Source: Planctomycetota bacterium
GTDB lineage: Bacteria > Planctomycetota > UBA1135 > UBA2386
Assembly: GCA_965223545.1 (NCBI GenBank)
Contig: OZ245006.1
Coordinates: 4,896,001 to 4,960,000 of the forward strand
Reading direction: 5' to 3'
DNA: 64,000 bases
Position numbers and translations under genes: made by a program. The stretch's first letter is position 1. Each line of letters opens with the position of its first letter. Below, one piece after another: positions 19,681-27,884 of the stretch. The notes below the pieces were generated by a model. The model saw nothing but the letters and a program-made list of their open reading frames with translations. It had not been told where the DNA came from and ran no database searches.

Positions 19681-21039
19681 ATGACGGCGAACGACGACAG
19701 CAGACGAGCTGCCCAGGCGGTGGCCACCGGCGAGTGGCTGCGCATCGCGGTGATGGGCTTCGTGCTCGCGATCGTCGTGTTCGTCGTGTTCTTCTACCGC
19801 CCCTCGGTGTCGACCGTCGGCCAGACTTCGGCGGTGGAGCAGGTCTGGGACGCGACCCCGGTGCCCGAGCTCGACCCAGCGCTCGTCGCCGAAATCGGCG
19901 ACGACAGTCGGGCGCGGCGCCTGCAGCTCGAAGACGCCCCGCTCGAGCATCTGCTGTCCAAGGCGCTGGAAGTGACCCCGTCGGTCGCGCGCAAGCTCGG
20001 CATGCCCGAGCACGCGGTGCCGATCGCGGAGCTGCGCGCGTCGCCGGGCCAGTACCGAGCCCAGTACCTCTGGTACAAGGGAGAGCTGGAGTACCTGTCC
20101 AACGCCAAGCCTCACCCCAAGCGGGGCTTCCAGCGCTACGACGGCCGCCTGCGGCTGGCGAATGACGAGCGCGTCTTGTTCTCGGTGGCGACGCTGCCGC
20201 AGCCCGAGCCGGTGGTCGGCGACTGGGTCCGCATGGAGGGCTTCTTCATGAAGCTGCGCGACACCCATCTGCCCGTCGAGTTGGATCGGGCACCGGTATT
20301 GGTCGGTCCCGAGCTGTACCGCGCCTACGCGGATTGGGACGCGGTGGAGGCGTTGGATGTCGAGGTGCTCGCGCGCGTCGACGACGATCTCGAGCACGGC
20401 TTCGACGTCAGCCGCAGGCTCGACGAATCCCAGGACGAGCCGCTCTGGCACTTGGCGAGCTACGCGATCCACCGCGCCGGCGAGCGTTCCTCCGAGTGGT
20501 GGCAGCGCATCGCTCCGTTCAACACCAAGGACCAGTTCGACGCGATCCGTTCCGGCGAGGTCCCGGCCGGCACGCCGATGCGGATTCTCGGCACTTTCAT
20601 CCAGGCGCGCGTCCAGCCGGCGGAGGTCAACCCGCTCGGCATCGAGTCCTGGACCGAGGCGTGGGTGCAGATCAGGGATCTCGGCGGCAAGACCGTGCCG
20701 GTCTGGTTGCCGCGCCGGCTCGATGCGTCGTGGCGCCGCAACCACTCGGCGGTGGTGCACGGCTACTTCTTCAAGCGCTACTCCTACGAAGCGTTGAGCG
20801 GCGACGTCCGCTGGACGCCGCTGTTCGTCGCCGCCGATCTCGAGCGGTTCGAGCTGCGCGGTGACGCGCTGAGCAACCCGATCACGAAGTCGTTCGCCGC
20901 GCTGGTCGGCGCGGTGGTGCTGATCTTCTTCTTCATGGCGCGCCGGGATCGGCAGCAGCGCGCGCTGCACGAGGCCGAGCTGGCCGGCCGCCGGCGCAAG
21001 CGTCGCGAGCGCGCGGTCGGCGCCGCCGCGGTGCGGTGA
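19681..21039 (+). CDS. Hypothetical membrane protein with N- and C-terminal TM helices and a large extracytoplasmic region
   Basis: TM segments IAVMGFVLAIVVFVVFFY and FAALVGAVVLIFFFM. Strong coding bias. Stop overlaps the aroB start. Confidence 0.8.
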   Translation: MTANDDSRRAAQAVATGEWLRIAVMGFVLAIVVFVVFFYRPSVSTVGQTSAVEQVWDATPVPELDPALVAEIGDDSRARRLQLEDAPLEHLLSKALEVTPSVARKLGMPEHAVPIAELRASPGQYRAQYLWYKGELEYLSNAKPHPKRGFQRYDGRLRLANDERVLFSVATLPQPEPVVGDWVRMEGFFMKLRDTHLPVELDRAPVLVGPELYRAYADWDAVEALDVEVLARVDDDLEHGFDVSRRLDESQDEPLWHLASYAIHRAGERSSEWWQRIAPFNTKDQFDAIRSGEVPAGTPMRILGTFIQARVQPAEVNPLGIESWTEAWVQIRDLGGKTVPVWLPRRLDASWRRNHSAVVHGYFFKRYSYEALSGDVRWTPLFVAADLERFELRGDALSNPITKSFAALVGAVVLIFFFMARRDRQQRALHEAELAGRRRKRRERAVGAAAVR

Positions 21040-22061
21040 TGCGGCTGCGCTGCGCGCTCGGCGCGCGCCCGCCGACCGAGGTGGAGGTCACCGTCGGCTG
21101 TGCGCGGTTGGATGCGGTCGGCGCGGACCAACCGCGGGTCGTGATCGCGGATGCAGCAGTGGCGCGGCATTGGCCCGCGCTGTTGGATGGCGTGCGCGCG
21201 CCGCTGTTGGTGGAGGGGGGCGAGGGTTGCAAGACTCTTGCCGTCCTCGAACGCGTGCTACGTGAGATGGCGCGCCGCGCGCTGCGGCGCGACGGCTGCG
21301 TGGTGGCGTTCGGCGGTGGTAGCATCGGCGATCTGGCGGGGCTGGCCGCCGCGCTCTACGTCCGGGGCGTCGACCTGGTGCAGGTGCCGACGTCCCTGCT
21401 GGCGATGCTCGACAGCAGCGTGGGCGGCAAGACCGCCATCAACCTGCCGGAGGGCAAGAATCTCGCCGGGGCGTTTTGGCCGGCGCGCGCGGTGCGCATC
21501 GACCCGCGTCTGCTGGCCACGCTGCCCGAGGACGAGCTCCGCTCCGGTCTGGGGGAGGCGCTCAAGATCGCGATCGGCCTCGACGCCGATCTGTTCGCGC
21601 TGCTGGAATCGCGGCGCGACCAGGTGCTGGCGTGCGATCCCGAGACCATGGTCGCGGTGATCGCCGCGGCAGTGCGCGCCAAGATCGCGATCGTCGAGCG
21701 CGACCCCGACGAGCGCGGCGCGCGGCGCCTGCTCAACCTCGGTCACACGCTCGGCCACGCCCTCGAAGCGCATTCTGGCTACAGCGTGCCACACGGCGTT
21801 GCCGTCGCCCGCGGCCTGCACTTCGCGGTGGCGCTCGCCGAGCGCAGGCAGGCGCTGCCGGCGGCGGACGCGGCGCGGTGCCGGGCCCTGCTCGAAGCCT
21901 ACGGCTTCGCGGCCACGCCGCTGCCGCCCTTCGCCGAGCTCACCGAGTTCTTGGCGCGGGACAAGAAGGCCGAGCACGACGGGGTGCGCTTCATCCTGCC
22001 CACCGCCATCGGCGCTTCGCGCTGCGAGCTGCTGCCGCTGACCGCGCTGGCCCCGGCCTGA
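21036..22061 (+). CDS. aroB: 3-dehydroquinate synthase
   Basis: GGEGCK, FGGGSIGDLAG, VPTSLLAMLDSSVGGKTAIN, GKNL, LLNLGHTLGHALE, HGVAVA, DKK. Confidence 0.95.
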   Translation: MMRLRCALGARPPTEVEVTVGCARLDAVGADQPRVVIADAAVARHWPALLDGVRAPLLVEGGEGCKTLAVLERVLREMARRALRRDGCVVAFGGGSIGDLAGLAAALYVRGVDLVQVPTSLLAMLDSSVGGKTAINLPEGKNLAGAFWPARAVRIDPRLLATLPEDELRSGLGEALKIAIGLDADLFALLESRRDQVLACDPETMVAVIAAAVRAKIAIVERDPDERGARRLLNLGHTLGHALEAHSGYSVPHGVAVARGLHFAVALAERRQALPAADAARCRALLEAYGFAATPLPPFAELTEFLARDKKAEHDGVRFILPTAIGASRCELLPLTALAPA

Positions 22062-22168
22062 GTCGGGCGCGGGCGCCTTTGGCCGGGTCGGGCGGACTCA
22101 ATGTCGGCGCGCCGGCGCGCCGATGCTCTCGATGCGGGTTTGCCTTTGGCCGCTGACGGAGACAAGCG

Positions 22169-23332
22169 ATGGCGCGGATCGATGCCTTTTTTCGACTGAT
22201 GAACGCCCAGGGGGCTTCCGACCTCCACTTGGCCTCCGGCTCACCGCCGTGCCTGCGGATCAGCGGCGACCTCGAGCCCGTGAAGTACAAGGAGCTCGAC
22301 CCCGACGAGCTGATGGACATGCTGGGCGAGATCGCGCCCGAGCACAAGCTCAAGCAGTTCGAGGAGACCGGCGACGTCGACTTCGCCTACGAGCTCAGTG
22401 GCATCGGTCGGTTTCGCGCCAACTTCCTCCGCCATGGCGACGGCGTGGCCGCGGTGTTCCGCCAGATCCCGAGCCGCATCATGACCATCGATCAGCTCGG
22501 CCTGCCGTCGGTGTGCCGGCGGTTCGCGATGATGGCCAAGGGGCTGGTGCTGGTCACCGGGCCGACCGGCAGCGGCAAGTCGACCACGCTGGCGGCGATC
22601 GTCGACTACGCCAACAAACACCGCCGCGACAACATCATCACGATCGAGGACCCGATCGAGTTCAAGCACCGCCGCGTGCACTGCAACGTATTGCACCGCG
22701 AAGTCGGCGTGCACACGGAGAGCTTCCACGCCGCGCTGCGCGGCGCGTTGCGCGAGGACCCCGACATCATTCTGGTCGGTGAGATGCGCGACCTGGAGAC
22801 CATCTCGCTGGCGTTGGAAGCCGCCTCCACTGGCCACTTGGTGTTCGGCACGCTGCACACGCAAAACGCGATGAAGACCGTCGATCGCATCATCGACGTG
22901 TTCCCGACGGCGGCGCAGGAGCAGGTGCGGTCGACTCTGGCGGACACCCTCAAGGGAGTGATCTCGCAGTCCTTGTTCAAGCGCACCGACTGCCGCGGCC
23001 GCGTCAGCGCGCTCGAGATCATGATCGGTACGTCGGCGGTCGCCAACCTGATCCGCGAGGCGAAGACGCACCAGCTGATCAACGTGCTGCAGACCGGCCG
23101 GCGGCTCGGCATGCAGACGCTGGACGACGCCATCGACGACTTGATCCAGCGCGGCATCGTCGACCCGGAGGACGCCTTCGAGCGGTGCGTGCAGAAGGAG
23201 CGCTTCGTGCAGTACCTCAAGGTGGTGCCCGAGGAGTACCGCGAGATGCTCGAGAAGGTGCAGGCGCAGCAGAACCAACAACAGGGGCAGCCGCGGCCGA
23301 CGACGGCGACCGGCGGAGGCCGCCGGCTCTGA
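22169..23332 (+). CDS. pilT: Type IV pilus retraction ATPase PilT
   Basis: ASDLHL, GRFRAN, VTGPTGSGKSTT, ITIEDPIE, ALREDPDIILVGEMRD, TGHLVFGTLHT, and AVANLIRE (AIRNLIRE variant). Confidence 0.92.
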   Translation: MARIDAFFRLMNAQGASDLHLASGSPPCLRISGDLEPVKYKELDPDELMDMLGEIAPEHKLKQFEETGDVDFAYELSGIGRFRANFLRHGDGVAAVFRQIPSRIMTIDQLGLPSVCRRFAMMAKGLVLVTGPTGSGKSTTLAAIVDYANKHRRDNIITIEDPIEFKHRRVHCNVLHREVGVHTESFHAALRGALREDPDIILVGEMRDLETISLALEAASTGHLVFGTLHTQNAMKTVDRIIDVFPTAAQEQVRSTLADTLKGVISQSLFKRTDCRGRVSALEIMIGTSAVANLIREAKTHQLINVLQTGRRLGMQTLDDAIDDLIQRGIVDPEDAFERCVQKERFVQYLKVVPEEYREMLEKVQAQQNQQQGQPRPTTATGGGRRL

Positions 23333-23344
23333 CCGGCAGACGTC

Positions 23345-24511
23345 ATGGACGCCGAGAAGCTGGAGACCCTGTTGGTCGGCCTGCTCGTCGATCACCCGGA
23401 TGCATCGGAGATCAACTTCACGCCGGACCGCTTGCCGCACCTCGAAGTGGACGGTGAGCTGATCGAGATGCCGCTCGGCGCGCGCACCGAGCCGCTGACC
23501 GCGACGCACACGCAGCAGATCGCGACCGCGCTGTTGGGCGCCAACTCCGCGCTGCACGAGACGCTGGAGACCACCGGCTCGGCCGACTGCGCGTTGGGCT
23601 TGAGCAACGGCCGGCGCTTTCGCGTCAACGTGTTCCGCGCGCGCGGCAATCTGTCGGTCGTGCTGCGGGCGCTGGCCAGCGAGATCCCGACGCTGGAGAA
23701 GCTCGGCGTGCCGCCGATCCTCGAGAGCATCCCCAACCTGCGCAACGGCCTGGTGTTGGTCACCGGCAGCACGGGCTCGGGCAAGTCGACGACGCTGGCG
23801 GCGATCATCGATCGCATCAACAGCACGCGGGCCGTGCACGTGGTGACCCTGGAGGACCCGATCGAGTTCAGCCACGGGATCAAGAAGGCGGTCATCAACC
23901 AACGCGAGCTGCAGACCGACTTCGCCACGTTCGGCGACGGTCTGCGCGCCGCCCTGCGCCAGGCGCCGAAAGTGATCCTGGTCGGCGAGATGCGCGACCG
24001 GCAGACGGTGGAGATCGCGCTGAAGGCCGCCGAGACCGGGCACCTCGTGCTGAGCACGTTGCATACGATCGACGCGGGCCAGGCCATCAACCGCCTCGCC
24101 GGCATGTTCGAAGTCGAGGAGCGGGTCATGATCCGCACGCGCTTGGCCGAGACCCTGCGCTTCGTCGTCGCCCAGCGGCTGTTGCCGCGGGCCGAAGGAG
24201 GTCGCGTCGCCGCGCTCGAGATCATGGGCTCGAGTCTGCGTGTGCGCGAGCTGATCGTGAACGGCGAGCACGGCGACAAGACCTTCAACGCCGCAATCGC
24301 CGACGCGCGGCCGCGCGGTTGGCAGACCTTCGACCAACACGTGATCGAACACTTGCAGCAGGGCCGGATCACCGAAGAGACGGCGCGCACCTACTGCTCC
24401 GATGCGGCGACGATCGGTCGCGAGATCGACCGGCTCAAGTCCGAGAAGGGCGAGAGCACGTCCGACATCGATGACCTGGAGATGCTGCGACCGCAGCGGA
24501 GGTTCAAGTAA
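23345..24511 (+). CDS. PilT/PilU family type IV pilus ATPase (second paralog)
   Basis: RFRVNVF, VTGSTGSGKSTT, TLEDPIEF, ALRQAPKVILVGEMRD, ETGHLVLSTLHT. AIRNLIRE is replaced by RVRELIVN. Confidence 0.9.
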   Translation: MDAEKLETLLVGLLVDHPDASEINFTPDRLPHLEVDGELIEMPLGARTEPLTATHTQQIATALLGANSALHETLETTGSADCALGLSNGRRFRVNVFRARGNLSVVLRALASEIPTLEKLGVPPILESIPNLRNGLVLVTGSTGSGKSTTLAAIIDRINSTRAVHVVTLEDPIEFSHGIKKAVINQRELQTDFATFGDGLRAALRQAPKVILVGEMRDRQTVEIALKAAETGHLVLSTLHTIDAGQAINRLAGMFEVEERVMIRTRLAETLRFVVAQRLLPRAEGGRVAALEIMGSSLRVRELIVNGEHGDKTFNAAIADARPRGWQTFDQHVIEHLQQGRITEETARTYCSDAATIGREIDRLKSEKGESTSDIDDLEMLRPQRRFK

Positions 24512-26037
24512 TGGCCCTCTTTGGCAAGTCGGACCCCCGAGAAGGCGCTCTGCGCAAGCTCAAGCAGTCCCTGTACCGCGGCCGGGACGAGTTGTTGCAG
24601 CTGATCAGCCAGCTCGAGGGCCACGGCGTGTCGCCCAAGGACCTGTCGTGGATGCTGATGCACCGCGAAACCGAGGTGCGCGAGCTGGCGATGCGCTCGG
24701 TGGCGTCGGGTGCGGTGGGCGGCGATGTGTTCAAGGCGCTCTTGGGCGAGCTGTCGCGCCAGCCGGGGAGCTCGCGCCGACAGATCGTCAAGATGCTGAT
24801 CGACACCGAGCCGGCCGAGGCGCTCAAGCGCATCGGTCCCTTGGCGGTGTCGCGCCGGCAGGGAGATCGCGAGATCGCCCTCGAGCTCTTGGAGCAGCAC
24901 CCCGACTGGCTGAGCCAGATGCAGGTCATCAAGGGGCTGCTGGCCGATCCCATCGAGGAGCTGCGCGTGCAGGCTGCCGGGGTCTTGGCGCGCGAGCCCG
25001 CGCACCCGGGCGTCTTCTTGCAGCTCATCGACCTGATGCGTTCGGAAGACAAGGGTGTGCGCCGTTGCGCACTGCGTGCCCTGGCGGAGACCGGCAACGC
25101 CGACATCGTCGAGCCGTTCCTCGACCGCTTGCCGCAGGAGACCGGCGCCGAGCAAGCGATCATCGTGCGCGCACTCGGCAAGTTCGCGCAGGACCCGCGC
25201 TCGAAGATCGAGGAGAAGGTCCTGCCGGCGCTCGCGGACGAGCGCGACGCCGTGCGCAACGCCGCCGTACAGCTGCTCGGCCAGATGCCCGACCGCGCGC
25301 GGGCGATCCGCTCGTTCTTGCTGGAAGCGCCACACCTCGCCTACTGGCTGCGCGAACGCTGTGTCAAGTCGCTGCTGCGCATCAAGGATCAGCTGGTCGA
25401 GCCGCTCCTTACGTTGATGACCGACGAGTCGATGGACGTGCGCGTCGGCGCGCTCACGCTCGCTGCCGACATCGGCGACGAGCGGTTCGTCCAACCGCTG
25501 AGCCGCGTTGTCGCCAGCAGCGAGGACTGGTGGATCCGGGCGCTGGCCGCCGACGTGCTCGCCGCCCACCCGACGCCGGAGGTCGTCCAGTGCTTGGTCG
25601 GCCAGCTGGAGGATCCGGACATGCGCTACAGCATTGTCTCCGCCCTCGGCAAGACCGGCTGCACCGAGGCTCTGCCGCACATCATCCAGGCGCTGCAGGC
25701 GCCGGTGCGCGGGATTCGCTCCTGCGCGGTCGATGCCCTGGCGAAATACCCCGAGGGTCCGGTGATCGAGTGGGTGGCCCACCTCGCGCTCAACGACCCC
25801 GAGGGTTCGGTGCGCGACAAGGCCGAGGCGCTGCTGCGGTCGTTCGGCACCGTCGCGCAGGCCGCGTTACGGCAGGTGGAAGAGGCGGCGCACGCGCGCG
25901 TTCAGGCACACGATGCGTCAGTGGTCACCGACTGTGGCGGCCTGCAGATGGAGAACGATCTCCTCAACGAGTCCGCGGGCCCGATGCGCATCGGCATGGC
26001 CGATGTCGCCGCGGCGCCGCGCCGCGAGTCCGACTGA
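24511..26037 (+). CDS. HEAT/PBS-lyase repeat protein
   Basis: Repeated D..VR..A..AL units (DKGVRRCALRALAE, RDAVRNAAVQLLG, SMDVRVGALTL, DWWIRALAADVLA, EGSVRDKAEAL). 1-nt TAATG overlap with the upstream ATPase. Confidence 0.88.
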   Translation: MALFGKSDPREGALRKLKQSLYRGRDELLQLISQLEGHGVSPKDLSWMLMHRETEVRELAMRSVASGAVGGDVFKALLGELSRQPGSSRRQIVKMLIDTEPAEALKRIGPLAVSRRQGDREIALELLEQHPDWLSQMQVIKGLLADPIEELRVQAAGVLAREPAHPGVFLQLIDLMRSEDKGVRRCALRALAETGNADIVEPFLDRLPQETGAEQAIIVRALGKFAQDPRSKIEEKVLPALADERDAVRNAAVQLLGQMPDRARAIRSFLLEAPHLAYWLRERCVKSLLRIKDQLVEPLLTLMTDESMDVRVGALTLAADIGDERFVQPLSRVVASSEDWWIRALAADVLAAHPTPEVVQCLVGQLEDPDMRYSIVSALGKTGCTEALPHIIQALQAPVRGIRSCAVDALAKYPEGPVIEWVAHLALNDPEGSVRDKAEALLRSFGTVAQAALRQVEEAAHARVQAHDASVVTDCGGLQMENDLLNESAGPMRIGMADVAAAPRRESD

Positions 26038-26039
26038 CG

Positions 26040-27312
26040 GGCAACGCAGATTCCAGAACTGCAGCCCTTCCGTGGGCCTGGCTAGCTGAGAGACGCTGAC
26101 CGAGACGTAACCGGAGCCCTCTTCCGAGTCACTGGAAGTGACGCAGGGCCAGCTGCGCAACGGTGCCCTTTGGTCCCCCCCGCGTTGTGTCCCGGAGGTC
26201 GCCGATGTTCGTTCCCCCGCGTTGCCCCAACTCAGCTTGCCCACACAACCGCAGCCCGCGGCCCGGCTTCTTCGTACGCCGTGGCTACTACTACCCCAAG
26301 TGCCGCGCCCAAGGCGTGCCGCGCTTCCGCTGCCGCCATTGCCGGCAGGGCTTCTCGCGGCAGACGTTCCGCATGGATTACCGCGACCACAAGCCCGACC
26401 GCAACGCCTGGATCGTCATGTTGCTCTGCTCTGGCCTGGGCCTGCGACAGACCGCACGCCTGGCCGGGCTCACGGCGCGCAACACCGAGATGAAGTTCCG
26501 CAAGATCGGTCGTCACGTCCGCCGCCTGAACAACAACTTACGGGGCGACCTCCCGGTGGGCTCGAGCTTGCAGTTCGACGAACTCGAGAGCTACGAGGGC
26601 CGCCGTAACACGCGGCCCCTGACGCTGCCTGTCCTGATCGAGCGCGGGAGCCGCTTCATCCTCGCAGCGCGGTCGGCCCCGATCCGCCCAGGTGGCCCCA
26701 AACCGGCTGCGCGCCGGCGAGCGATAGAGGCCGACGCGCGGCGGTTTGGCCGGCGGCCGTCGCGCTCGCGCGCGGTAACGCGCAATGCGCTGTGCCGGGG
26801 CGCGCGCGCTTGCACTCGGTTGACCACCGTGTTGCTCGAAACGGACGAGAAAACGACCTACTCAGGACTCGCGAGGGGCATTTTCGGCGCGCGGCTCGAG
26901 CACCGGCGAACACCAAGCACGCTGCCGCGCGAGACCTGGAACCCGCTGTTCGCGATCAACCATACCGAGGCAATGGCGCGCGACCTCAACGGTCGTCTGC
27001 GGCGCGAGTCCTGGCTGGTCAGCAAGAAGCGCTGCTTCCTCAACCTGCAGCTGCACATCTACATCGCGTACCGCAACTTCACGCGACCGCGCTTCAACTT
27101 CGACCGAGACACGCCGGCGATGCTGGTTGGCTGGCTGCCCCAGAAGTTGCGGCTGAACCAGGTGCTATCCTGGCGCCAGGACTGGGGCACGCGCAGCGGC
27201 CATCCGCTGGATCGAAACGCAAAACCGATCGAGAACTTCCTGAAGAGCTCTGCCTGACTTTCTTGCGGCCGTGCCGGACCACGGAAGGGCTGCAGTTTGG
27301 GATTTCCGTACC
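26040..27312 (+). mobile_element. IS1/IS1595-like insertion sequence (about 1.27 kb)
   Basis: Perfect 19-bp inverted repeat AACTGCAGCCCTTCCGTGG at 26057-26075 and 27279-27297, extending imperfectly outward to GG/CC ends. Flanks a single transposase ORF. No clear target duplication, so the outer limits are approximate. Confidence 0.8.
26205..27257 (+). CDS. IS1/IS1595-like transposase (Zn ribbon + HTH + RNase H-like catalytic domain)
   Basis: CPNSAC...CRHC Zn ribbon, HTH GLRQTARLAG, QFDELESY, LETDEK, NPLFAINHTEAMAR, TPAM. GGAGG RBS upstream of ATG 26205. Confidence 0.82.
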   Translation: MFVPPRCPNSACPHNRSPRPGFFVRRGYYYPKCRAQGVPRFRCRHCRQGFSRQTFRMDYRDHKPDRNAWIVMLLCSGLGLRQTARLAGLTARNTEMKFRKIGRHVRRLNNNLRGDLPVGSSLQFDELESYEGRRNTRPLTLPVLIERGSRFILAARSAPIRPGGPKPAARRRAIEADARRFGRRPSRSRAVTRNALCRGARACTRLTTVLLETDEKTTYSGLARGIFGARLEHRRTPSTLPRETWNPLFAINHTEAMARDLNGRLRRESWLVSKKRCFLNLQLHIYIAYRNFTRPRFNFDRDTPAMLVGWLPQKLRLNQVLSWRQDWGTRSGHPLDRNAKPIENFLKSSA

Positions 27313-27344
27313 GAACGGCGGCGCCGCCCCTCTGATGAGGGTGC

Positions 27345-27884
27345 ATGCCTGTGCCCCGCCCGCCGACCCGCACCGTGGCCTCCGCCGGGGCTTCTGCGCG
27401 GACCGCGGTCGTGCCGGCCCCGGATGCGTTGGTCGCCACGCACGGGGCGTGGCTGCTGGCGTGGCTTCGGGTGCGCGGAGCGTCGCAAGATCTCGCCGAG
27501 GACATCGCCCAGGAGGTGTTGCTGCGGCTGTTGCGCAATCACCATCGTTTGCGTGAGCCCGGCGCGGTGCCGGCTTGGCTGCGCGTGACGGCGACCGACT
27601 TGCTGGCGCGTGCCCGGCGCCGGCGGTGGCCCGGGTCCCTGGTTGGCGAACCGCCCGCGCCCGGCCCCGGCCCCGACCTCGACCCGCGCGTTGCCTCGTT
27701 GCGCGTCGCCGTCGCGGCGTTGCCCGACGAGCTCGAGGAGGTCGTGCTGCTGCGCTACAGCCGTTCACTCACCTACGAGCAGATTGCCGCGGTGTTGGAT
27801 GTGCCGCGCGGCACCGTGCAGAGCAGGTTGCGGCGCGCGCACGAGCGGTTGCGCCGCGCGTTGGCGGTCAGCGGAGAACGATGA
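27345..27884 (+). CDS. ECF-type RNA polymerase sigma factor
   Basis: LAEDIAQEVLLR...AWLRVTA, LPDELEEVVLLRYSRSLTYEQIAAVLDVPRGTVQSRLRRA. Start uncertain. Confidence 0.85.
   Translation: MPVPRPPTRTVASAGASARTAVVPAPDALVATHGAWLLAWLRVRGASQDLAEDIAQEVLLRLLRNHHRLREPGAVPAWLRVTATDLLARARRRRWPGSLVGEPPAPGPGPDLDPRVASLRVAVAALPDELEEVVLLRYSRSLTYEQIAAVLDVPRGTVQSRLRRAHERLRRALAVSGER

Noticed and set aside
26032..27320. Possible 8-bp target duplication GACTGACG / GAACGGCG around the IS
   Set aside because: Only 5 of 8 bases match, which is not distinguishable from chance.
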